In this document: positions 50,755 to 59,037 of the stretch, piece by piece
Layout: each line of letters opens with the position of its first letter
Position numbering within the stretch: the stretch's first letter is position 1
Assembly (NCBI GenBank): GCA_902581405.1
Contig: CACHOJ010000004.1
Span: 13,527 to 77,526 of the forward strand
From: an uncultured Pelagibacteraceae bacterium
GTDB lineage: Bacteria > Pseudomonadota > Alphaproteobacteria > Pelagibacterales > Pelagibacteraceae
Reading direction: 5' to 3'
DNA length: 64,000 bases
Notes under the pieces: model-generated
Seen by the model: the letters and a program-made list of their open reading frames with translations, nothing else
The model's database searches: none
Told to the model about the DNA's origin: nothing
Position numbers and translations under genes: made by a program

Positions 50755-52406
50755 TGGAAATTAAGTTAAGAGACCCTAAATTCCTGATGAAGTTGTCTAA
50801 ACTTGGCTCTTTTCATCAATCAAAACTCTCTTTTTTGAGATCTTTCTTAAAAGAGTTTAAAGATTGGAGATATAGTAGAGATTTATTTCAATTAAATGAC
50901 AAAGGATTTGGAAGAGCCATTTATTCTTTCACTAAAGAAAAAAAAACTTATTCTCTAATTTGTTTTGCAAATGAAATTAAGGATGAAGAAAGATCAGATA
51001 GAGTTATTGCCACTAAATGGGATGCTGCATTTACTCTATTTGATGGAATCCCAACAAAAGAAGATGTTGATAGACTTAGTAATAATGTGCCCAAACAAGA
51101 AGTTGGAAGGTTGTCTTACAAAGAACTAACCCTATCAAGAGCTAATAAATCTGTCAGGTTGTTTAATCATGTGGTTGAAAATTTATCAAAAGGTCAACAA
51201 CCAGATAAAGAATATCTATCTAAAGTTGGTTATCTTTATAGAACTACTGCAGTCTATGGATCTGGTAAATTTGGTTTAGCTGATAGATTTAGGATTAAAA
51301 ATAGGGATGAAATTTGTGGGCCGTTTAGACTTGAAATGATGTTGGTTTATTTAGTTAGACAATTTACATTTGACCAAGTTAATCATATTGCAAAAAGTAT
51401 AAGTCCAAAGAATGCAGTTGAACTAGATAATAATATCAGCAGAACTCTAGGAATAGGAAATTCTACAGGACTTGGCATGGCACCATTTATAGTAAACCAT
51501 CCCACTTTACTTAATAACTGGATAATTGCTAGAGAAACAGTTTTAAAAAAAATAAGAGAAATAGAAAAAGTTTCTAAAAATGATTTAGATATTTTTTATC
51601 AGTGTTTAATTAAATCACTAAAAAATATCACCAGTTGGCATACTGACAGTGAATTCCAAAAAGAAAAAATTAAAAATTTAATATTTGATTTAAAAAAATT
51701 TATAAAATTTATGAAAGATGAGTTTAACTTTGAAAATTCTTATCAATTTAATAATATTTATATGTGGGCTGAAGAGAATTTAAATGATGAATGTATTGAG
51801 TATATTGTTTCTATGATGATGGAGCCATATGATAAAATAGTAGATCCTTTAGTATCTAAAATGAGTTCAAATGAAGAAAAATACTTCAATATTCCTGTTG
51901 AAAGAACTATCGAAGATTTAAGAAATATCATTGAAAAGAATTACTCTGAAATTTTGAAAATTGATTTTAATAAGGAAGAAAATAATAAAAATTTCTGGTT
52001 TATTTCAAAAAATAAAGAGGAGCCAAGAATAGGGGATAGGTATATCGATGATGGATCAAATTTAGAACAACCACTTGCAATTGCAAGAGATATCAAAAAG
52101 CTTTATGAAATAGTATTCACAAAAAAAAATAGTTCCAAAATTGGAAAATTTTTATTGGATAATAACCATTTAAGACATGTAGTAAGAAGAGTATTTATTT
52201 CTGAAAAATGTCCTTATGCAGAAATTCAAGATAATACAATTGGGTCTAAATTGATGCCAATTGATATGTTAAGACTTAAGCTATCATTTTTTGGAGCAAT
52301 AAAATTTGATCCGAGATCAGACAAATGGTTACGTATATGTATGTTTCAAGGAGCACCTTTACCTTCAGAGCTGTCAAATTTTGATAATTATTGGATGTAT
52401 AATTAA
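50754..52406 (+). CDS. Conserved-looking 550-aa protein of unknown function
   Basis: TAATG coupling; conserved-looking islands RSDRVIA..WD, LSRANKS, RTTAVYGSGKFG, GIGNSTGLGMAPF, EEPR.G, FFGA.KFDPRSD. Confidence 0.75.
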   Translation: MEIKLRDPKFLMKLSKLGSFHQSKLSFLRSFLKEFKDWRYSRDLFQLNDKGFGRAIYSFTKEKKTYSLICFANEIKDEERSDRVIATKWDAAFTLFDGIPTKEDVDRLSNNVPKQEVGRLSYKELTLSRANKSVRLFNHVVENLSKGQQPDKEYLSKVGYLYRTTAVYGSGKFGLADRFRIKNRDEICGPFRLEMMLVYLVRQFTFDQVNHIAKSISPKNAVELDNNISRTLGIGNSTGLGMAPFIVNHPTLLNNWIIARETVLKKIREIEKVSKNDLDIFYQCLIKSLKNITSWHTDSEFQKEKIKNLIFDLKKFIKFMKDEFNFENSYQFNNIYMWAEENLNDECIEYIVSMMMEPYDKIVDPLVSKMSSNEEKYFNIPVERTIEDLRNIIEKNYSEILKIDFNKEENNKNFWFISKNKEEPRIGDRYIDDGSNLEQPLAIARDIKKLYEIVFTKKNSSKIGKFLLDNNHLRHVVRRVFISEKCPYAEIQDNTIGSKLMPIDMLRLKLSFFGAIKFDPRSDKWLRICMFQGAPLPSELSNFDNYWMYN

Positions 52407-52412
52407 TTAAGA

Positions 52413-53021
52413 ATGAGAAGTTATAGCGAAATAGAAACTACAATTAAAAGAGCAACCAAGGCTATGGGTTTTTCATGGGGTATTTCAGAGGAAGTTGGGA
52501 AGAATATAAAGTTATTAGAAATGTTTGGATTACCTGGTTTTAAAAATTTAAACCAATATTTTAAAATTTATAATATAAGCAACTTTGAAAATATTGGAGA
52601 GATTTCATCTTCAAACACTTCAAAAGGCTACTATTGCCCAATACTTTGTGGGTTAAATTTTTTTGATCAATCACCTGTAATTTTAAAATTTAATGAAATA
52701 GAAATTAACAAAATAGCCTTTCCCATCATATTTTTATCTTTTTTGAGTAGGGCATCAGAAATTACAGGAAAAAGAATATTCTTAAAAATGGATAATAAAG
52801 AGTTTTTGTTTAACTTTAATGAATCTATTTATTCTAATTATTTAAGTGGAGATATTTTAGAAAAATCAGACAAAATAAATATAAAATTTTTAGATAATAA
52901 AAATAATTTTTCGGAAGAAGATTGGCTAGAAATGCATAGACTTTCCATTAAAACTTATGTTGAAGAAAGTGAAGTTTCAAAAACAAGAACAGCAGGAGCT
53001 GGATTAAACGATAATGACTAA
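52413..53021 (+). CDS. DUF3726-like protein
   Basis: S.SEI...KRA.KAMGFSWG..EE N-terminus and C-terminal EES..S...AGAGLNDND, as recalled for DUF3726. Confidence 0.7.
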   Translation: MRSYSEIETTIKRATKAMGFSWGISEEVGKNIKLLEMFGLPGFKNLNQYFKIYNISNFENIGEISSSNTSKGYYCPILCGLNFFDQSPVILKFNEIEINKIAFPIIFLSFLSRASEITGKRIFLKMDNKEFLFNFNESIYSNYLSGDILEKSDKINIKFLDNKNNFSEEDWLEMHRLSIKTYVEESEVSKTRTAGAGLNDND

Positions 53022-53175
53022 AGAAAATAATCAAGAAGAAAAAGTTGAGAATGATAAAAATGATATTTGTGAAGAGTGCCTAAATAATCACGAAAGTGTT
53101 TTTCAGAATTTAATACTTAACGGTTATAAAATTTGTAAATTTTGCAAGACATCAAAAACTATTTTTCCAATTTAA
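53014..53175 (+). CDS. Small 53-aa zinc-finger-like protein not in the ORF track
   Basis: Read manually: MTKENNQEEKVENDKNDICEECLNNHESVFQNLILNGYKICKFCKTSKTIFPI*; two CxxC pairs; overlaps the upstream stop and fills the gap exactly. Confidence 0.7.
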   Translation: MTKENNQEEKVENDKNDICEECLNNHESVFQNLILNGYKICKFCKTSKTIFPI

Positions 53176-53738
53176 CTAATTGTTCCTGAAGTTATTTGGA
53201 TCTGCGTTGAAAAAACATAAATCAAAAGAATTATTATTGGTGAAAGAACAACTAGTGTAGATTTAAATGTATTATTGTAATTTAAAATAATATTTAGACC
53301 CACTATTAAAGATATATTGTACCAAATATATGTTATTATTGCCAAAAACAATAAAGATGGAGTAAAAATTAAAAAATTAAAAAACATTGGTGCATTAGCA
53401 TATCCAATTAGGATTAAAATTTTTCTAAAACTACAATTAGTTTTTTTATTTGGAAACACAACTACACCAACAAAATATATATAAAATGATTTTATAATCC
53501 AAAATAAAACTGAAAAAAATACAACATTTCTCAATGATGGACCTTGTATTATTCCTATATTGTAATTTAAATTAATAACTTCAAATAATGATTTTTGGGG
53601 AATTAAATTTAAGAGACCGCTAATTATGATTATTAATATTGCAAAATAAATCGAAGCCTCTCCAAAATTTTTATTATTTTTAAAGAACTCTTTTTGTATT
53701 GAAATAATTTGAAAAATTATTTTTAAAAACTCTGACAT
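53172..53738 (-). CDS. Yip1-like membrane protein
   Basis: About 5 TM segments, 'LIGYANAP' motif; start adjusted to ATG 53738. Confidence 0.55.
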   Translation of the reverse strand: MSEFLKIIFQIISIQKEFFKNNKNFGEASIYFAILIIIISGLLNLIPQKSLFEVINLNYNIGIIQGPSLRNVVFFSVLFWIIKSFYIYFVGVVVFPNKKTNCSFRKILILIGYANAPMFFNFLIFTPSLLFLAIITYIWYNISLIVGLNIILNYNNTFKSTLVVLSPIIILLIYVFSTQIQITSGTIS

Positions 53739-53749
53739 AGTTTTCTTAA

Positions 53750-53766
53750 GGGGAGTAAAACTCCCC
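53750..53766. terminator. Stem-loop downstream of the GcvT-like gene
   Basis: GGGGAGT-aaa-ACTCCCC inverted repeat. Confidence 0.6.
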
Positions 53767-53772
53767 ATAAGT

Positions 53773-55131
53773 TTATCCTTTTACAACTTCTCTCGTATTT
53801 GCGTTGTAAGATTCTTTAAATGGTATATCAACAACCACAGCATCCACTGGTTTGCCTGGAGTTTCAGAATATTTTTCAGGCAAATGTACCTTGAATTTAG
53901 TTCCTACTTTTCCTTTTGGAAAACCATTTGCGTTCAATGTTCCATCAAAAGGCACATATCCCATTGCAATATTTATTTTTTTCTCAGGATGATACCAAGG
54001 TGAAGTAACAAAACCGATCGGTTCACCACCACCTTCATCAGAAATTAGCCAAAAATCTGGCGCATAATCGTCAATTGGTTTACCTCCCATTTCTAAACCA
54101 ACTAATTGAAGTTTGTATGGTTTGTGACCAGCTTTTAAATCAGCCTTCATTTTTTCAAGAGCTTTTTTTCCAACATAATCTGCCTTCTTATTCCACTCTC
54201 CTTTACCTGATAATGAAACTTGATAACCTAAATTACATTGGAATGGATTATGTTGATTATCCATATCTTGCCCCCAAGAGAGAATTCCAGCTTGAATTCT
54301 TCTGTGGTGAGCTGGAGCAATTACCATTAAACTATGTTTTTTACCCGCTTCAAGAACCGCATTCCACATATCTTCAGCGTATAAAGTGCATTCTCTCAAA
54401 TATATTTCATAACCTGCTTCTCCTGAAAATCCTGATTGAGATATTACACAGCTTCTACCGCCAATCTTAGCTTCAGCTAAACCGTAGAAAGGCATATTAT
54501 CAAAATCAACTTGATCTCCACATAAATCTTTCATTAATGCTTTAGATTTTGGTCCTTGAATTTGAACAGGACTTACATCTATTTCATCAATTTCTACATT
54601 AAATCTCTCATCGGAGTTTACACCCTGTAAATAAAGACCTATATCACTATCAGATAAACTAAACCAAAATTCGTCTTTTGATATTCTTAAAAGTATAGGA
54701 TCATTTAATACGCCGCCATATGCATTACAAAGAATTACATATCTTGCTCTCATCGGAGAAATTTTTGTAGCATCTCTTGTAATTACATAGTCTACAAATT
54801 TTTCTGCATCAGGTCCCTTCACTCTAATTTGTCTTTCAACTGCAACATTCCACATTGTTACATGATTAACAATTGCATCGTACTCGACCATTGCACCTCC
54901 ATCCTCAGGTTTTACATAACCTCTTGGATGGTAAATACGATTATATACAGTTGCTCTCCAACATCCTTCTCGCATTGATAGATGCCAGTATGGTGATTTT
55001 CTTACTCGTGTTGATATTAACATTTCAACTTTTGTTGGTCCGCTTTGTCTTAAATTATAAGGCACTTTTCTATCAGATTGATCTACTGATGTTATGTGTC
55101 TTAGCTTACTATAGTCAAATTCTTTAGACAT
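53773..55131 (-). CDS. GcvT-family THF-dependent demethylase (DmdA-related paralog)
   Basis: RVRKSPY, TVYN, WNVAVERQI, LNDPIL, QIQGPKS, SQSGFSGEAGYEIY, RRIQAGILSWG. Confidence 0.85.
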   Translation of the reverse strand: MSKEFDYSKLRHITSVDQSDRKVPYNLRQSGPTKVEMLISTRVRKSPYWHLSMREGCWRATVYNRIYHPRGYVKPEDGGAMVEYDAIVNHVTMWNVAVERQIRVKGPDAEKFVDYVITRDATKISPMRARYVILCNAYGGVLNDPILLRISKDEFWFSLSDSDIGLYLQGVNSDERFNVEIDEIDVSPVQIQGPKSKALMKDLCGDQVDFDNMPFYGLAEAKIGGRSCVISQSGFSGEAGYEIYLRECTLYAEDMWNAVLEAGKKHSLMVIAPAHHRRIQAGILSWGQDMDNQHNPFQCNLGYQVSLSGKGEWNKKADYVGKKALEKMKADLKAGHKPYKLQLVGLEMGGKPIDDYAPDFWLISDEGGGEPIGFVTSPWYHPEKKINIAMGYVPFDGTLNANGFPKGKVGTKFKVHLPEKYSETPGKPVDAVVVDIPFKESYNANTREVVKG

Positions 55132-55852
55132 AGTTATTCTCCTTCAACCACTTGTTTGTTTCCTTCAAGCCGCCGAATGTATAAATGTGAAAATAATCAG
55201 TATGCGATTTAACTTTCCCAATTAGATCATTAGGGTCTTTAGGTTTCAATAAATCTAATGCCTTAGTAAAATTAGATTTAAGAAAGTTAATGGAATTTTT
55301 TGCCCCTACAATATTTGCAAACTTTATTAAGCTTGAAATTTTCATTGGCCCAGTTATTCCAACATGAACTGGTATCGTTTGTTTAGAAATAAAATCTACA
55401 ATAGGCTGAGCATCAAGTAACCATTGAGTAACTATATAATCAGCATAAGGCTTTTTATCTATCATAGCTTTTTCTAAATCTGAATCGGATATATCAGGAC
55501 TCCCCTCTGGATGTCCAGCAATTCCGATCTTAATCCCATCAAAATATCCTGTTTCTAATATCTGATAGGAACTATCAAATTTTCCAATAGGTTCACGACT
55601 GCCTCCAATTACCAGAACTTGTTTTACACCTAAGTCTTTGCATCTTGAAACATAATTTTTTAATTCACTTTCAGAATTTATTGATCTAGCAGGAAAATGT
55701 GGAACTGGATTAAATCCTTTTTTTACCAAGTCTCCAGATTTATCTGCAGTCTCCTTATAATCTCCTCCAGGTAGCATTGTGACATATACATCTTTAACAG
55801 ATGGCAAGGTATCAAGATCTGTGTGAGGTCCAATTTCTAATGAAAAATTCAT
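55124..55852 (-). CDS. metF: Compact methylenetetrahydrofolate reductase
   Basis: PVPHFPAR, LVIGG, IAGHPEG, IVTQW, HIYTFGG; 242 aa. Confidence 0.78.
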   Translation of the reverse strand: MNFSLEIGPHTDLDTLPSVKDVYVTMLPGGDYKETADKSGDLVKKGFNPVPHFPARSINSESELKNYVSRCKDLGVKQVLVIGGSREPIGKFDSSYQILETGYFDGIKIGIAGHPEGSPDISDSDLEKAMIDKKPYADYIVTQWLLDAQPIVDFISKQTIPVHVGITGPMKISSLIKFANIVGAKNSINFLKSNFTKALDLLKPKDPNDLIGKVKSHTDYFHIYTFGGLKETNKWLKENNYV

Positions 55853-55914
55853 TAATGGATAATTATTTATTTTAAAATAACTGTCTAGAAAAATATTAGA
55901 TCAAAGTGTCAGGT

Positions 55915-56799
55915 TTATTTTTTCTGACCTCTGTGTTTTTGAATTCTTTGACCATACTGTTGTGTAACTCTATCAAAGATGATTGCCAGAGCAACTATTG
56001 CCAGACCATTCATCATTCCTAGTGCTAAATATTGGTTAGAAATAGCTTGTAAAATCGGTACTCCCAGTCCTTTAACTCCTATCATTGATGCGATTACCAC
56101 CATAGCCAAAGCCATCATAATCGTTTGGTTTATTCCTGCAAATATTGTTGGTAAAGACAGAGGTATTTGCACAGATTTTAATTTTTGCATAGGTGTTGCG
56201 CCAAAAGCCTCACTTGCCTCAAGTGTTTCTTTGTCCACCTCTCTTATCCCAAGATTTGTAAGTCTTACCACTGGAGGCAATGCATAAATACAAACTGCTA
56301 ATAAACCAGGTACTTTTCCAATACCTAAAAGCATTATTATAGGTATAAGGTAAACGAAACTTGGAATAGTTTGCATCATATCCAAAACAGGTAAAATTGC
56401 TTTTTCTGCTCTGCTTGATTTAGACATTAACACACCAATTGGAATACCGACTACAATACAAACTAATGTTGAAACAGATATTATTGCAACAGTAGCCATA
56501 CAGTTTTTCCACATTCCAAAATAACCAATAATCATAAAACAAACTATTGTACCTATTACCAGTTTAATACTTCTTGATCCAATCCATGCCAACAAAGCAA
56601 ATACACCTATTACTAATGGCCAAGGACTATTGACTAATAATTTTTCCAACCAAATTAAAAAATGCAAAAGTGGATCAAAAAAACCTTCAATTCCATCTCC
56701 ATAGGCTCTTGAAAATTCTTTAAAACTAGAGTCTATTCCTTTTTTAAGCTCTCTTAAAGCTGTTCGATCCATTACAGGAATTTTATTAAAGAAATCCAT
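55915..56799 (-). CDS. proW: Glycine betaine/proline-type ABC permease
   Basis: LDMMQTIPSFVYLIP, VRLTNLGIR, EASEAFG, GINQTIMMAL; start set at ATG 56799 (track uses TTG 56811). Confidence 0.85.
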   Translation of the reverse strand: MDFFNKIPVMDRTALRELKKGIDSSFKEFSRAYGDGIEGFFDPLLHFLIWLEKLLVNSPWPLVIGVFALLAWIGSRSIKLVIGTIVCFMIIGYFGMWKNCMATVAIISVSTLVCIVVGIPIGVLMSKSSRAEKAILPVLDMMQTIPSFVYLIPIIMLLGIGKVPGLLAVCIYALPPVVRLTNLGIREVDKETLEASEAFGATPMQKLKSVQIPLSLPTIFAGINQTIMMALAMVVIASMIGVKGLGVPILQAISNQYLALGMMNGLAIVALAIIFDRVTQQYGQRIQKHRGQKK

Positions 56800-56811
56800 A
56801 ATTTTACTCAA

Positions 56812-56837
56812 CCAAACCCACTAAAGAGTGGGTTTGG
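56812..56837. terminator. Stem-loop between the betaine SBP and permease genes
   Basis: CCAAACCCACT-aaag-AGTGGGTTTGG, perfect 11-bp stem. Confidence 0.75.
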
Positions 56838-56852
56838 CAATATTTTATTTTA

Positions 56853-57863
56853 TTAAAGTGCTTTTTTTATTTTTGCAGCAGCTTCACTTGAAACCCACTT
56901 AGACCAAACATCTTCTTGGTTTGTTAGGAATTCAATTGCAGCATCAGCACCCTCTGCTTGGTTTTCACCCATCCAAACTAACATACCGTTCATTACTGGA
57001 CCTGGATAAGTTCTTTTTTTGAAATAATCCATACCAGCACTTCCAGCTGTATTTTTGAAATTGTCAGTTACGATTGTGTAAACTTCAGATTTTGTCCATG
57101 AAGTTGCTTTAGGGTCTCCACATTCTTGTTCTGGTAAAACTATACATTTATCCCAGTTATCTTTTCCACCCCAAGCTCCCATGTCCACAGCTCTCATATC
57201 ATATTTACCAATGATAGCTGTTGGTGACCAATAGTAACCAAACCAGTTTTCACCTCTTTCAGCAGCTTTAGCAATTGATCCATCTAATCCTGCAGCAGAA
57301 CCTGTTTCAACAATAGCCCAACCTTTTGCTTCCATGTCAAAAGCTTTGTAAAGATTTCTATTACTTAGTTCACAGTTCCATCCTGGAGGACAAATATGAA
57401 ACCCACCTTTTGATGGATCCTCTGGATGAGGAAATAGATCCGGTCTTGCCAAAATTGCTTCAGCAGTTGTAAGTTCAGGATGTTTTTCTAAAGTAGCAGG
57501 TAACACCCACCATCCTTCACCTAAACCAGTAATAGGTGCTTTATTAAGTGAGTGCATTTTTCCTTCATCAACTGCTTTATTTAAAGCAATGATTGCAGCG
57601 TTAGCCCAAAATTCTGGAGCAACATCTGGCTCACCTTTTTCTTGCATAGATGTAAATGTAGGCATTGTTGCACCTGGCACCAATTCAACAGAACATCCGT
57701 AACCTTCTTCTAATATGATTTTGTCAACTTCAGCCATGAAGTTTGCTGAAGCCCAGTTCATATTAGCGATAGTTATATTCCCACAAGCTGCGTTGGCAAC
57801 ACTTCCAAAAGAAGTTAGTCCAAATATTACAGCAGCAGATAGAAGTAATTTTTTGATTTTCAT
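56853..57863 (-). CDS. proX: Betaine/osmolyte ABC substrate-binding protein (ProX/HisX-like)
   Basis: Signal peptide; ANMNWAS, GYGCSVELVPG, PEFW, CPPGWNC, GYYWSPT; RBS AGGAG. Confidence 0.8.
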   Translation of the reverse strand: MKIKKLLLSAAVIFGLTSFGSVANAACGNITIANMNWASANFMAEVDKIILEEGYGCSVELVPGATMPTFTSMQEKGEPDVAPEFWANAAIIALNKAVDEGKMHSLNKAPITGLGEGWWVLPATLEKHPELTTAEAILARPDLFPHPEDPSKGGFHICPPGWNCELSNRNLYKAFDMEAKGWAIVETGSAAGLDGSIAKAAERGENWFGYYWSPTAIIGKYDMRAVDMGAWGGKDNWDKCIVLPEQECGDPKATSWTKSEVYTIVTDNFKNTAGSAGMDYFKKRTYPGPVMNGMLVWMGENQAEGADAAIEFLTNQEDVWSKWVSSEAAAKIKKAL

Positions 57864-57934
57864 TATTTCTCCTAATTAATTAATTATAAATCATCAGAAC
57901 ATATAGATGGAAAAATTGCAAACTAGTTTCAACT

Positions 57935-57963
57935 TTGAGTTGTGTTAAAATTGTCTTTATACT
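57935..57963 (+). promoter_or_regulatory. Sigma70-like promoter for the bhmt operon
   Basis: TTGAGT-N17-TATACT, 32 nt upstream of the ATG at 57996. Confidence 0.6.
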
Positions 57964-57995
57964 CTCTTTATTTAGAAATAAATTATTAAATAAAT

Positions 57996-59036
57996 ATGAA
58001 TAAAAATTTATTATCAAGATTAGATGAGGGTCCCGTAATATTCGCAGAGGGATATTTATTTGCGATGGAAAGGAGAGGATATCTTTCTGCAGGTCCATTT
58101 GTGCCAGAAGTAGTTTTAGAGCATCCAGATGTAGTTACACAATTACATAGAGAATTTATTAGAGCTGGTTCAGATATTGTTCAAGCTTTCACCTATTATG
58201 GACATAGAGAGAAATTAAGAATTATTGGAAAAGAACATTTGCTAGAGCCGATGCAAAAAAATGCACTTAAAATTGCAAAGGATGCTGCGAAAGAATTTAA
58301 AGATTTAGACTTAATGGTTTGTGGAGATGTTGCTAATACAAATATTTTTGATCCAAAAGACAAAAACTCATTCAAAGAATGTCAAAAGATGTACGAGGAG
58401 CAAGTTCTTTGGGCAAAAGAGGCAGGAGTTGACTTTATAGTTGCAGAAACAATTAATTGGGTAGATGAAATGAAAATAGCTTTAAAAGCTATAAAAGATG
58501 AGGGATTAATAGCTGTTGCAAATTATGCAATACCCCGAGGAGATTTAACAAGAGATGGTCATACAGCAGAAGATGCATGTCAAATAATTGAAGATCTTGG
58601 AGCTGATGTTGTTGGTTTGAATTGTTATAGAGGTCCAGAAATGACTATGAAACTTTTAAAAAAAATAAGAAAAAAAGTATCCTGTCATGTCGCAGGTCTT
58701 CCTGTTCCATATAGAACAACAGAAGAAGAACCAGGATTTTTAAATCAGACTGACCATGGATGTGATTGCATTCCAGGAGGAAATGCATTTCCAGTTGCTC
58801 TAGATAATTTGTATTGCAACAGATTTGAAATGGCTGAATTTGCAAAAGAATGTCTTAAAGAAAAAATTAATTTAATTGGTATTTGTTGTGGTGCAGAAGC
58901 TCATCATGTTAGAGAAATGGCTGTTGCGGTTGGTAAAAAACCAATTGCCATGAAGTACATGCCAGATATGACTAAACATTTTCACCATGGGACAGACAAG
59001 ACATTGAAAGACGTCAATAAAGAAATAAAATACTAA
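57996..59036 (+). CDS. bhmt: Betaine-homocysteine S-methyltransferase family
   Basis: EGYLFAMERRGY, QLHREFIRAGSDIVQAFTYY, zinc ligands GLNC and GICCG. Confidence 0.85.
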   Translation: MNKNLLSRLDEGPVIFAEGYLFAMERRGYLSAGPFVPEVVLEHPDVVTQLHREFIRAGSDIVQAFTYYGHREKLRIIGKEHLLEPMQKNALKIAKDAAKEFKDLDLMVCGDVANTNIFDPKDKNSFKECQKMYEEQVLWAKEAGVDFIVAETINWVDEMKIALKAIKDEGLIAVANYAIPRGDLTRDGHTAEDACQIIEDLGADVVGLNCYRGPEMTMKLLKKIRKKVSCHVAGLPVPYRTTEEEPGFLNQTDHGCDCIPGGNAFPVALDNLYCNRFEMAEFAKECLKEKINLIGICCGAEAHHVREMAVAVGKKPIAMKYMPDMTKHFHHGTDKTLKDVNKEIKY

Positions 59037-59037
59037 C

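Noticed and set aside
53773-55131. Calling this gene dmdA or gcvT
   Set aside because: It is longer than DmdA as I recall it, has an N-terminal extension, and has no gcvH/gcvP neighbours; only a family-level call is justified.
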